NCBI RefSeq assembly: GCF_000181795.1
Contig: NW_003526944.1
Location: 4,014,934 to 4,078,933 of the forward strand
Source: Trichinella spiralis
Taxonomy: Eukaryota
DNA length: 64,000 nucleotides
Reading direction: 5' to 3'
Position numbers and translations under genes: made by a program. This document shows, one piece after another, positions 42,165 to 54,736 of the stretch. The notes under the pieces were generated by a model, which was not told the origin of the DNA, did not search any database, and saw only the letters and a program-made list of their open reading frames with translations. Positions within the stretch are counted from its first letter, which is position 1. Each line of letters opens with the position of its first letter.

Positions 42165-43324
42165 TCATCCCTCAGACTGAAAAGATTTGTCTCTTTTTTC
42201 GAATGAAGTTCCTTTCACTGTGCCTAATTCACTAATAGGAATGTACGTTGTAGTGATGATAAGAAAGACAAATTGTATTTTCTTTCAAAATTGTGTATGT
42301 TTTTGTTTTTTAAATTTAAATTTACAAGAATTGAAAACAAAGCTTATACACTTACTTGTCGTCTGTAGCCAACTCGAAATTGACAACCAGGTTGTAACTG
42401 ATTTTTGTCTGAATCGTACAATTTGATCACATCTTTGTTGGATATGCCCGAACAACCGCTCGAAATGCTATCTAAAAATTTAAAAAGAAAATACAACAAC
42501 AATAAGAGTATGGTTGTCGAATGTGTGAAATTGGACAGATCGACTGAATTGTTGTACAACCTCTAGGACAGGAGCATTCCATACATCCGAAATCTTTCAT
42601 CAGTGGTTTGCAGTTGCCAAAGCATCCCGGGGCAGCTTGGCAGTCTAATTGAAAATATTTTTAAAGTATTTTTTTGAGAAAAAAATCTACGTCACAATAT
42701 ATTACCATGTGCACAGACTGTGAAATTGACAAGCAAGATTTCATCATAAGTAAGCTGTGCGTCGAAACCTTGTAGCATGATCACGTTGATCGGTAGCTGT
42801 TCCGGAAGGTCGGTTTGTAATGGCGTGAGACGATCGGCTTGTAGATGCTAAATTGATCAAAAAAATTATTATTATTTTTTTTAAATCTCACAGTAGTAAG
42901 ATATCGCTTACGAAAAATTCGCTGCTATTTCGAGTGACAAGTTTGTGTTGATTGTTGCTTGTGAATACCCGGACGGTGGGATTGACTCGAAATTGTAATA
43001 CGGCACGTTTCAAGTCGACCGTTCGGTTGAAGCGTAAGCGTAGCATGCGCAGTGGACCTTCGACCACTTGTTCAATAATGGCTCCGTCTTCAAAATCGAC
43101 AACACCTCGAGATTGTTGAAGATATTCCCCAGTTGTACTGTAACTTGCGCAATATTCTGAACAATGAAATTAACAAGCTGAAAAAAGCCAGGCAAAATGC
43201 AAATGTGAAATTTACCTTCAGTTTCTGAAAACGACTGGGCCAGAGCTGCGGTGGTGGTGATGGTTGTGATAAAGCATATAGTGGTCAACAGCAAAGTCAC
43301 GCGATGATGCATTGCTTTTTCCAT
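42165..43324 (-). CDS. Uncharacterised secreted protein with an antistasin-like Cys motif
   Basis: Signal peptide MEKAMHHRVTLLLTTICFITTITTTAALA. In-frame spliced exons read EYCASYSTTGEY...NSSEFF, HLQADRL...NFTVCAH and DCQAAPGCFGNCKPLMKDFGCMECSCPR. The last exon and stop are uncertain. Confidence 0.65.
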
Positions 43325-45096
43325 TTCTTTCGCACAGCTTGTATTGATTGATATGTTTGATATATATATATATTTTTTTGTTCTCTTATTCAGCTAAAAT
43401 ATTAATAATACAGCAATAAGATGCTGATTGATTTTGCAATGATACTGATCGCCTCTTACAACTGTTGTTGGAAGATGGAGATGTCTGCGGTGATGCGTGC
43501 GATTGAGATGGTCTCCAATTGTGATGAACGCTGAAGCAAGTGGAAGAAGAATATGATGCTGATGATTTGGTAAATTGGAATTGGTCAGCTTCTAGCATGA
43601 CCTAAAGAGACGGGATGAGGTTAGTCGGTTAGCCGGCCGAACAAGGGCACGCGTGCACATCGCCCATACAGAGCCGGGTGGGCGTGTCCTGGAATTGCAT
43701 TAATTCTGACTGTGCGGTTTGGGATGTTTTCACCGAAAAGGCCCAAAACGAAAAGATGAGTACCAGCGAATGTCAGGAACATCGTCGCCTCTAGCTAAGG
43801 TCGTTGAAAAAGCACACGTACAGCTTATTTCGGCTGTTCAATTTGGGACAACATTTTTGTTGTCATGTTTGCTTTTTGTTGTTTTGGAAAAAAATATTTT
43901 TCTCATTTGAATTTGTTTCACTTGTTTTTGTTGAATCGTGAGACAAGATGTTGACGCTGGTCGACGACGACCCGGTGAAATAGTTCTCAATTCAGATGAT
44001 GATGATGATGATCCAGATCGAATTGTATTTTTTTGGAATTATTTTTTTTTCATTTGGTTCACGAAAAAAATGCATAAATACATATTTTGATGTTCATCAA
44101 AAATTATGCCAACGGCAACAGTTTATTTTATAATTCCCCCAAAGAAAGCAAACCAATTCTATAAGCGTGTATTTGAATTTTATTAATTTCAAAATCAAAA
44201 ACAGCATTCAAAATGGGAAAAAAGGAGATTATTTATTATTAATATTTATTTATTCCTTTTAAATGATCTTTGTGAACAAATAATAAAAACAGAAGGAAGA
44301 AGATAATGATCATGGGCTAGTTGAAGCTTTGTTTCTCTGAGCTTAAATAATACATAGGTATAAAAAATTTTTGACGTTGCATTTGTTTCCAACGATTTAT
44401 TATTATAGTTCCACTTGGATGTTGAATAAATTTATGTTTTCCGAACAATTAGCGTATTATAATTTTGATATATGTATGATGGTATTTGTGAAAATAATGA
44501 TTCTCTGTACAAACGCTTTTGACTAATTTTTTTGTTTTTCTTGCAACATGTTGATGACAGTTTTGGGACGAAAAATTATCGTTGCGTAATATCAGATGCG
44601 AACAGTTAGTTGGCCTTTTGAACTGAAACTTAAATTGCAATTTATCATCTTTATTATTGGGCAATTATTATCAATAATTTTTTTCAACTTATATTCAAAT
44701 TCAATTTGAAATTTCTGTGCACAGACGAAAGCTGATTTTCTCGAATGAATAATAATACCGTAAAAATACAATTATATTTTAAGCATTAATTTTCCACTGG
44801 AAATGTTTTTCACTTCAGAGAAATAATAATAATAATAATATGCATTTCACACGAAAAACTATAGCAGTAGCAAATTGTTCATTTCTTTCTTCATTTATCT
44901 GTAAATGTAGTGTATATTAAAATATGATTGACACATGTATATATATATTCAGTATTGCGAATTTATGAAAATTTATTTTGTAATATTAAAAATCAAGGTC
45001 GTCTGCATTTGAAAACATTCGTTTGCTCTCATTATTGTTTTTGTCTCTTAGATATCGTATCTTTTAACTTTTGTCCGTTATCTGAATATTTTTAAG

Positions 45097-47614
45097 TTAA
45101 TTTGACACGTTTTCTTTTGTCTTATCTTTCTGTTTGGGATCTTTTTTAACATTCTTCTTATCTTTCAAATTTTTATCTGATTCATCATTGGCAACTTCTT
45201 CATCCTCTGTATTGTCATTTTCATTGACTGATTCTTTATCATCATCATCATCTATTTTTTTATTAACTTCTTCTTTTTCTTCCTTTGAAACTTCCCCTGA
45301 TGATTTCTGATTGGTATCATTTTCAGATGACATGTGTCCGTATGCGTCATCATCACTTTTCTCAGCAGATTCGGATTTTTCTTCTTTATTCACAGAAATT
45401 TCACTTTCTTCTTTTTTACCATCTTTAGGCTCAGCATTTTCTGCACCTTCAGCTGTAGAATTTGATTTGATGTTATTCAGTTGCTCAGTTTGACTTTCTT
45501 CTCGTTTAACATTATCATGCTGTTCTTCATCTAAATTTGATGTGACTGGTGGATGGAGAAGCACATCTTCCACTCGCATCTCAGGATTTGTTTCCTCAAG
45601 TATTCCACCTAATTTTGCAGATTCTGGCTCATACGCATATACTGACTTTTCTGCAGGTTCTGTTTCTTCTGCTAGTTCTGGCTCTTCCACTGGTTCTTTC
45701 ACTCGTTTCTCCTCTGCTGCTTGTGCTATTGTTTCTGTCTCTTCTTCAGCATCTTCTTCTGGTTGTTCTTCTTCCGCTGGTTCTTCTGCATTCTCTTCTT
45801 CTGGTTGAGCTTCTTCTTCTTCATTACCTTCTTCTGGTGGAGCTTCTTCTTCTGCATTTTCTTCTTCTGGTGGAGCTTCTTCTTCTTCTACGTTACCTTC
45901 TTCTGGATTTGTGTTTTCTGGTGCACTAGGTGATTCAGGTTCTACTTTTACTGGCTTTTTGTTGTACTCCTGCAACGCTTCTTGCATATCTATAAATTAT
46001 AATTTAAGAATTTTTTTTGTAATAATTATTTTTAAAGAAAAACACGTCTGTGCATTAGTTTATAGTGTTTGTCTTATCTTGGTCATCAACTGTGTGCTTG
46101 ATATCATTTGCTTTCTATTCAGTAATGAGATAAGTAATTTACTTGCTGTCCAACATCTTCCGTAGCGACAAATTTGATTCTTTCTGCATTGCCGGTCACT
46201 TGTGCAGCGTAGTGTTCCAGGGTAGGCAACAGTGCAAATACCATTGAGGCATATTTGTTGTGAAGTGCACTGTTTGCTTATTTTGCAAAATGAAGTTTTT
46301 CTTTTTTTTCTATCTACAACTTGCACATTAGGAGAATCTGAAAAGAATCGATTTACATGATGATGCATAATGTAACATAAGAGCAGAATAATAACCACCC
46401 GCTTGCCAGCATCGTCCATATCGGCATAGTCTAGATGGGCATTGTTGAGCAGATTGACAGCGTTGTTGTGTAGGGGTAGCAGAGTGGCATTTTTTGTTCA
46501 CGCACATTTCCACGACTCCGCATTCTGTATGATAAGAGCACCGTTTTGATGGTTTTAATTTTGTTGAATTTTTGGTCGTTTTATTCTCTTCATCGTTGAA
46601 CAAATCCAAAATTGGTTCTGCAATTTCTTCGATCACATTCTTCGATTTGGAACTTCTGGTCGTTACTTTCACCCTGTCAACTGAACGTTGCTTTTCTTTT
46701 ACCAGTGTTGCAGTTCGGCTTGTGCAATGTGCACATTTGAGAACAGTTTTACTGTTTAGTATAATCTGTTTTGCTTCAACTGGCTTGGATACAACGTTTT
46801 CTCCTTTAGAAATTGTAAAATTATTTTAATGTTTGCATTTTTTTTCATTGATGAATATATTTTCAAATTGCGCGCGAATTTATTGTTGTACTGTTTGTAT
46901 ATGTTTTCGGACTTTGCTTTCTGCAATGCAGTGTTCAATTTCCTCGGTGAAGGTGTAGGCTAATTTTGCAAATCTGAACATAGTGTAATATCACCTGAAC
47001 AAACAGCACAGTTTTCTGCATCATCTTGTCCAATTTTGCTCAATTAGTATTGAAAAACACAACCCATAAGCGAGCGAATAATAAAATATGTATTTAACGA
47101 GCTGGGCTTCATTTTGTGCAAGAAAAAATACTTGTTAATTATTAATTAATGTAGTAGTAGTAGTAGTTGTTGTTGTTGTGTTGAATAAATATAATGAAAT
47201 GAGATAAGATCTGGTGAAAGATTAAGAAAAATGAACTTACGCTCTTTCCAACATCTGCCAAAAAGGCATCTCTGTTCAGCTTCGCAGTTTTTCGCATGCT
47301 TGCAACGACTTTGCGTTGGAACGGCCGGAACGCACTGCCTTCTGTAGCAAATTGTAAAATTTGAACAACTGTCGTGCGAGATGCAATAAATCTGGGGCGG
47401 AAGTTTTGCGTTGGTGTTGCTGTTGCTGTTCAATTGCGCTGCACTAGCGTCGCAAGCTAATGAAAATTAGTTCGTTCAATTAGCACAGATGAACAACAGT
47501 GTTTTATGAATCAAATATTTTTTTTCTGTTACATCTTTCATATGCAATTGTTGCTATTGCCAAAATACAATAAGTCCATCGGCTTAGATTGATTGTTGGA
47601 AATTTTTGGAACAT
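45097..47614 (-). CDS. Secreted Cys-repeat protein A: 3 eight-Cys repeats plus a long Glu/Pro-rich acidic tail
   Basis: MFQKFPTINLSRWTYCILAIATIA signal, repeats such as CISHDSCSNFTICYRRQCVPAVPTQSRCKHAKNCEAEQRCLFGRCW, and a final 296-aa acidic exon. Confidence 0.8.
45770..45905 (-). repeat. 33-bp coding tandem repeat (EEENAEEEAPP-like units)
   Basis: About 4 imperfect 11-aa units in the acidic exon. Confidence 0.7.
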
Positions 47615-47788
47615 GATTTTCTTTTTCAAATTATCTTCTCAATTTATAAGCTGTGTTGTGGGAAAGTATCATATCCTGGGAAAGCAAATTGCAGGAAGTG
47701 TGAATATTATTATTGTTCAATAATACAGCGTACCCGCACAAAAATGCACACAAATAATTATAATTAAATTTGAAAGATATTAGGAAAG

Positions 47789-47791
<3 letters not shown>

Positions 47792-47823
<32 letters not shown>
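47792..47823. repeat. (TA)n microsatellite
   Basis: Directly visible. Confidence 0.9.
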
Positions 47824-47831
<8 letters not shown>

Positions 47832-48648
47832 TGATTTCAGATAATTTTCTTTTGTTTTTATTTAAATCAACGACAACAACAAAGTTTTGCAATAATAATT
47901 AATAGGTTCATTTGTGTTCTATTTCAAACATTTACATTGAAATTGAACTGAAATCTTATCTTACCTTGTTCAATATTGCTGAGATGAATGAATGAATAGG
48001 TTATGTTGAATTCGATTTGTGGCGATTTAATAGTAAAATAATGGTACAGTTTTCCTCATTTTTGTTCAATTATTTATGCAGTTTATTTAAATAAATTGTG
48101 TATGAAAAGATTTTTGTTTGCGTGGTTTTTCTGTTCAGATGATAATTTTCTGCTCTGATAATCGAAATCGTCATTATTACATTCTTTGCAATATTTGAAT
48201 AGTGTCCGTGTGCTGGTGCGTATGTGTGTATGTGTTTACTTTCTGTATGACTCGTACAGTTTTAATTGCTTGTCAGAGAATGTAAGAAGGAGCAACATGC
48301 AGCAATTTTGTTTTCACGTTAATATTTATTTTTATAATTTTTCTTCTTTCAGGTTGGAAAGTTTAATTTAAAAATGAATTTTAAATAGAGTTGAAAATAA
48401 AAATTATTTATTATTAATCTTATATTATTTACTAAAATAATATATTATTGAATAGTTTTTAACAATGGAAAGATTTAGTTACAATTTAGGTTCATATGGG
48501 CGCTTTAATTTTGTTCAGTTTTTCACCCATATAATATGAAAGCACGTATACACAGATATTAATGCCAAATTTTGAATAATAATCATAAGTTGAAATTCTT
48601 TTTCCCATGTTGATTACATGTACTGCTTGTTTCTGTTTATTATGCAAA

Positions 48649-50641
48649 TCATTCTTCTTGTATCGTCTTGGGTAATGTTTTGTGTACCCTTTTAACCACA
48701 CCTATGATAAATTGTCAGTTATTAAAAATCTGTATAATCATGACAACGCGATGAATACATAAACATGTTTTCAAGAAAAATTTTGCTTCAATGAAAAATT
48801 AAGTGCATTAAGTGATTTAAAAACGAAAATATCGTTTTTGATTTTACTGAAATCTTTCTACATTTTTACAACTGAATAGTGCCATGAGAAGAACAGAAGG
48901 TTTTTAAAATTAAAAATTTCCTCTGTTAAACAGAATCGTTGTATTTTTGCAAATTACACGAGTGCAACTTTACCGTGAGCTAAAGTCCAGCATATGCCAT
49001 GCTTGCATACTTGCTTTGGTGGGCAGTTGTTGTCGCTTTCACAGTTTTGGTTTGTTGGTGCTGCTATTTGGCATTTTCCTCTGTAGCAAATGAATTGATC
49101 TTTGCATTCTGCATGTCGTTTGCAATATTTCTCAAGGATATCTTCTTCTAGAATAGAAAAATCACTCGAAAACATTTTTTCACCTGAGTTTGACACACAC
49201 ACACACACACACACACCTTTGTTGTAAAGCTTCCAGCACATGTCGAATCGACATTTTTCTTCTCGTCTGCATTGATTCGACGATGCACAATCTCTGTGAG
49301 TTGGTATAGCTATGCGGCAGTAATCACTGACACAAAGTTCCAACTTTCCACATTCAGCATCCTTGTAGCATCGTTCTCCTGAAAGAGCACGTGAAAAATA
49401 GCATGAACACTGAGAACGGAAACTGAAAATATTTCATCTGTGAACCAATACCAACAGCTACTACATCCCAACAAATGCCATGCTTGCATCCTTCATCGTA
49501 TTTGCAGTTTTTATCACTGTTGCATACTCGATTGGTTGGACTTCCAAGGCGACAAAAGCCGTCATGACAGATATGCTGATCAGGGCAAGTTTTGTGCGTT
49601 CTGCACGTTGACTCTTAAGAAAACTGACTCCAGTATTATGATTTGAAAAAGAAACATAAAATGCTTGCATTTTTACCAACATTGTCCACTCGCCAACAAA
49701 TGCCATGCATACATCCTTCACTACGGTGGCATTCACGATCATTTTGACAGCGTCTGTCCGTTGGATAAGCTTGCTTGCATTTTCCATAAACGCACAACGA
49801 TTGATTTTTGCATTCTGTGTGCTTTGTGCATTTTTTGATATCTGAAGAAGAAAAAAAACAATCCATTCTAATCTTTCATCATTTTTCAGTCATATCAATG
49901 ATGCTGGATGGTATAATGGCACCAATTGTACCGGGGTAAATTATAACACGTCTGTGCATACCTTTATATTCTTTCCAGCATATTCCTTGTTTGCATGCTT
50001 CATTTCGTAAACATTGAAGATCTGTGTCACATTCAGTTTCTGTTGGTTGAGCTACGATGCATTTTTCATTAATGCATATAGATTGACCAGGGCAGTCGTG
50101 ATGTTTCTTGCACGTTGTTGGCCCTAAATATTTCGCCACATTTTGGCACTATATATATATATTTTTTGGATTTTCAATTACACTTTGTAATGTCACAGAA
50201 ACCGTATTGGCACGTCAGTGGCTTTATACAGTCAGAATTGCGTTTACATGGTGCGTCTGAAATAGGGAAAGAAAGAAAGAATATATGAAATGAAGTTAGA
50301 ACAAAAAATGCACAATTTTACAGAATACTTTCCAACAGATTCCATAACGACAATTTTCATTCGTTCTGCACTCTTTTACAGTATCACATTGTCGATTTGT
50401 AGGTGCAGCTGGCATACAGTGTTTATTAGCGCACAGAGCTTGTCCTCCACATTCACTTGAAAGTTGGCATGCAAATCCGATGTTTGAAGCTGAGAAAAAG
50501 GAAAATTGACAGTTTCATTTATTCCATTTATTAATGAATCACTTTGAATCTCCTACATTTTGCCTGATAGTCGCAGTTGGTTAGCTGAGCTTTGTAAAGC
50601 CAGAAAAGCAGCGCCACTTGAAGCAGCGATGCCATCATCAT
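48649..50641 (-). CDS. Secreted Cys-repeat protein B: about 6 full repeats and 1 half repeat
   Basis: MMMASLLQVALLFWLYKAQLTNC signal; one repeat per exon, e.g. CKKHHDCPGQSICINEKCIVAQPTETECDTDLQCLRNEACKQGICW; ends TLPKTIQEE*. Confidence 0.82.
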
Positions 50642-51158
50642 TCCGAGACACGTTTTGCGTAGGTGAACAACTATGGCTGTGTATGTTTAGCAGATAAGTT
50701 CTGTGCTGGCAATAACATTTGTTGCTGAATGTCTCTTTGCAGTTGACGGTGTGTACAGTTCCGGTGACGTCAGTGCAAAGCGGTGCGATCTAAATCCTCT
50801 GTTTCCCCCTTGAGTAATTCGAACACGTTTCGGCTAAATCAAACAGTCGGCTGTTTGAATTTGCCTGCAAAATGTGCTCACTGACCTCAGAGAAAGCCTA
50901 CCACCAGAACTCTGCGTGCTGATTACGATTTTATTTGACAAACGGACGACTTTGATTAATGCATTTTTGTAACATTTTGATTTCTTAATTTTTTGTGTTT
51001 CAATCGACACGTAAAGCGTGTAATTTTCACAAATGTATTTTGAATTGGGGTTGTAAAATTTAAAAATTGACAGCATGCATTTTTTTTCTTCTCCTCTTCG
51101 CACTCGTCGTTGAATGTGTGAACAAATTTATTTTCAAAAATGCAGATATTTTCGAAAA

Positions 51159-54100
51159 TTAGGCACCGCCCGCATTGGTCCAACATATGCCATATTTGCA
51201 GCTGTCGCCTTTTGGACACTGACTGTCAGATGTGCAAGGGTTGCCAACAGGCTGGTGCAATATGCAGGCGTTTCGTTGGCAAACACTGTACGCGTCGCAG
51301 TCGGCATCACTTTTGCAAATGCTCAACGCTAGAATAACAATTTAATAGTTGATGAGGTAGAATTGAAATTTGTTGAAATTGAATTTAAATTTTCAAAAAA
51401 TTCTTTTCAAAAATTTTTTCCCTTTTCAAATTTCCTACTTGCAACTTTCCAACACAGTTCTCCGTAGCACATTTCATTGGTTTTGCAATCGTTCTCGTTG
51501 AAGCATTCTTCACCGTTCGGTTCAGCCTGTCTGCAAGCACCATTATGGCATAGGTATTGTTCATCGCAGTCTTCATGTACGCGGCATTCACCTTTTGTCA
51601 AAATTTCATTCACACAATTTACGAATTGATTTGAAACGTGAAACAGTGCACAATTAGAATGAAGGGGATAATGAAAAAATTTTTTGAAAATGCTTGTCTC
51701 TTGATAAAATTCACTGCATAATGTGGAAAATTAGTTTTCCCTTACTCATGACATTCCAGCAGATTTCCAATTTACAATAATCACCCAATTCGCAGTGATC
51801 ATCGTTGAGGCATTTCTTCTCGTACGGTTGAGCGAGTCGGCATTGTGACTTTTTGCATATGCTGTAATGATCGCAGTCGCTGTGCAGTTCACAGTTGGAA
51901 TCTGAAGTTATTTTTTGTTGGAATTCAGTTCAGCTTAAAAAATGTCATTTTTTTGTTTCTACTGTGTATATCACCTGGAATTTCCCAGCAAAGACCCAAT
52001 TTGCATCGATGAGTGCGAGGACAGTCGAGATCAGAATTGCACTCATCGTCTGACGGTTTGCCACTTTGACAAGTGCCTTTGTGACAGATCAACTGACCAC
52101 TGCAGTCACTGTGCTTTCGACAAGAACTTTGCGGTCTGCCAGCATTGAAATCTGAAACATAATTTCAACTTCTGCTTGTGTAAGTTTTTACGCTTCTTGC
52201 TTACCAACCAATTTCCAGCAGATTGTGTCTCTGCAGCCTCCATCTGGACATTCACTGTCCTGAGAACAATCTTTTTCCGTGATGATCGCATCCAAGCACT
52301 CATTGTTCATGCAAAGCATACTGTCGTCACAGTCGTCATGCATTTTGCACAGGTTAGTTGAAGATGATCCTGTTGAATGTTCAACCAAAATAATATTTCA
52401 TTTCTTTTCATTAATTTTATCCTTCTTGCGTCATTATATGTTATCATTATGCTTGTTATAATTTGAAATAGGTTTTCAACTAACTGCGGATTAAATTTTA
52501 AAAAAATATACAAAAGTACAAAAGAAAATAGGCTAACCGTCTGTGGGCACGCCTTACCTCTAGGTTTAACGCAAATTCCTTGCTTGCATATTTCGTCGTT
52601 ACTGCATTCTGCTTTACTTAAGCACGCTTTGTTGGTCACTTCTCCTTCTACGCACTGGTTTTTCATGCATATTTCGAACCGATCGCATTCTTCATGATTG
52701 TTACAAAATTTACTGTTGGGATCTGTGTGAAAGAGGTTTTGTGTGTGTGCAAAATTTGACACTTATGTCAAACTTTTCATGATGAAAATTACCATTAACA
52801 ATTTTCCAGCACTGACCATCTTTACAAGCTTGCTTGACTCCGCACTCTTTATCACCGGTGCATTTTTTACCGGTCAGTTCTGCTTGAACACAATTTCTGT
52901 TGATGCAGAGATTGTTCTGGCCACAGTCAGAGTGTCCATTACAACTGGATGTTCCTGAAATACGTTTCTGCTATCAGTGACGTTACAAATGAGCATGTGG
53001 TTCTATGGAAAAACCGATTAAAGTCCAGCATGAATTGTTTTTGCAATATTGGGTTGGCTTGCAGTTGATTTGCTGATCACATTGTTGATTCGTACGTACA
53101 GCATCGTGGCATACATCTTTATGGCAAACCATCGAAGTTGGGCATTCTGAATGTTGTTTGCAACGACTGGAACGCAGCTGCTTCCAGCAAATGCCATCGA
53201 CGCATTCGTGCATCTCTTTGCATGTTTCTGTCGACACGCAACGCTTGTCGGTCGGTTCTCCTTCTTTGCAAACTCCGAGCAGGCAAATCCACTTTTTGGG
53301 ACAATCATTGTATGTTTTGCAAACAAATTCATCTACAACATCTGGACCAATCAATAATTATTGTATAGCACAGCACATGCTCATGCAGATCTGTACCAGA
53401 GGAAGTTGAAGCTGCTTGCCAACAAAGACCATTGCGACATGCTTGATTTTTTTCGCACATGCTGTCCGCTTTGCAAAGGATGAACGTTGGCTGAGCATCG
53501 ATGCACAAATTGTTTCTGCATATTGTTTGCGGAGGACAGTTGGCGGTTGTTTTGCATGTGTAGGATGTTTCTAAAATAGTAAAAAAATTGAAAAGAAAAT
53601 TTCTCTTCACCTTTAAATTTGAATGAAACAATCATATTGTTTTGTTAAATAAATGTGTCTATTTGAGAATTCATACCTACTATTTTATACGTATGTATAG
53701 TAGGAATATCTTGCACATTTACAGTACGTACTGTTTGATTGAAAAGCATAAATGTGATAAGTTGATCTACTGAATTAACTGTTTGTGTGATTAATTAATC
53801 TGTTTAATGATTTTGCATTTTGATTGATTTGTTTTTTTTGTTAAATTTTTTGGTAAAAAAATGAGGAAATAATTTACTGTCCTCTTCCCAACATCGTTCC
53901 ATGATGCAGCCTTGACCAGTGGGACATGCTTGGTCGTTGGTACAACGCTTTGATGTTGGTCTGGCGTCAACGCAAGCACGATCTGAGCATATTTCCTGAC
54001 CAACGCAATCCGCGTGTCGAGTACAATAGCGTGGATGACGACTGCCTTTTGGTCGAGTGAACTGTTGTTGTTGTTGTTGACCAAAGTGGACTGCAAAACG

Positions 54101-54247
54101 AGAAAAAGATAATTCATTCACTGGATATAGTAAATTGGTTGATCTTAAATTATCACCTTGGGCAATTAGAAGTAGATGTAGTAGTAGAAGTGCCGAACGT
54201 GGATGCACAGTAAAGATGATCATCTGATTTGTAAATTTTGTTTTCAT
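51159..54247 (-). CDS. Secreted Cys-repeat protein C: about 11 eight-Cys repeats
   Basis: Signal ...SALLLLHLLLIAQG; repeats such as CTRHADCVGQEICSDRACVDARPTSKRCTNDQACPTGQGCIMERCW; last repeat ends GICWTNAGGA*. Confidence 0.82.
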
Positions 54248-54736
54248 GATTTCAGAGATTCAAATGTGACATGATCCAATTTTCTTCAACTGCAAACAAC
54301 GCCAACGACAACAATGACAATTGTCACAGCTAAATCAACAGTTGAAATGTGTTTGCTTGTACTGATCGGAAAGTGAAATCAGAGGATTCGCATCAGTTGT
54401 GTAACCCTGCACTTTTACACGCGTGTACCGTGTTTACATACTTGAAATTGGATCTATTTTTAGCTGCGCATATGCATGCAATTTTCACCATTTTTCAACT
54501 AGAACAGTGAAAAATTGCCAAACCAATTATAAAGTCTATACACACGCGCACTGTAGATTTACGTTAGAAGCATTTTAATTGTTTCTTTATATGAGGAAAT
54601 GTGAATTTCAACTTTCACGAAATTTTGTTGTATTTTGCATCAATCCAAAAAATACATCAAGACAAGCACAGTAGTCCAGAATATATTTCGTTTATTTTGT
54701 AAATTCATGTAAACAATAATTTAAAACCTAAAAAAC

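Noticed and set aside
45311..46165. Plus-strand Ser/Leu/Phe-rich ORFs
   Set aside because: Antisense to the Glu-rich exon of Cys-repeat gene A.
45097..54247. Calling the Cys repeats WAP, EGF or CRISPR-like arrays
   Set aside because: The repeats are protein-level and exon-delimited with no identical DNA direct repeats. Cys spacing lacks the WAP CC doublet and does not fit EGF.
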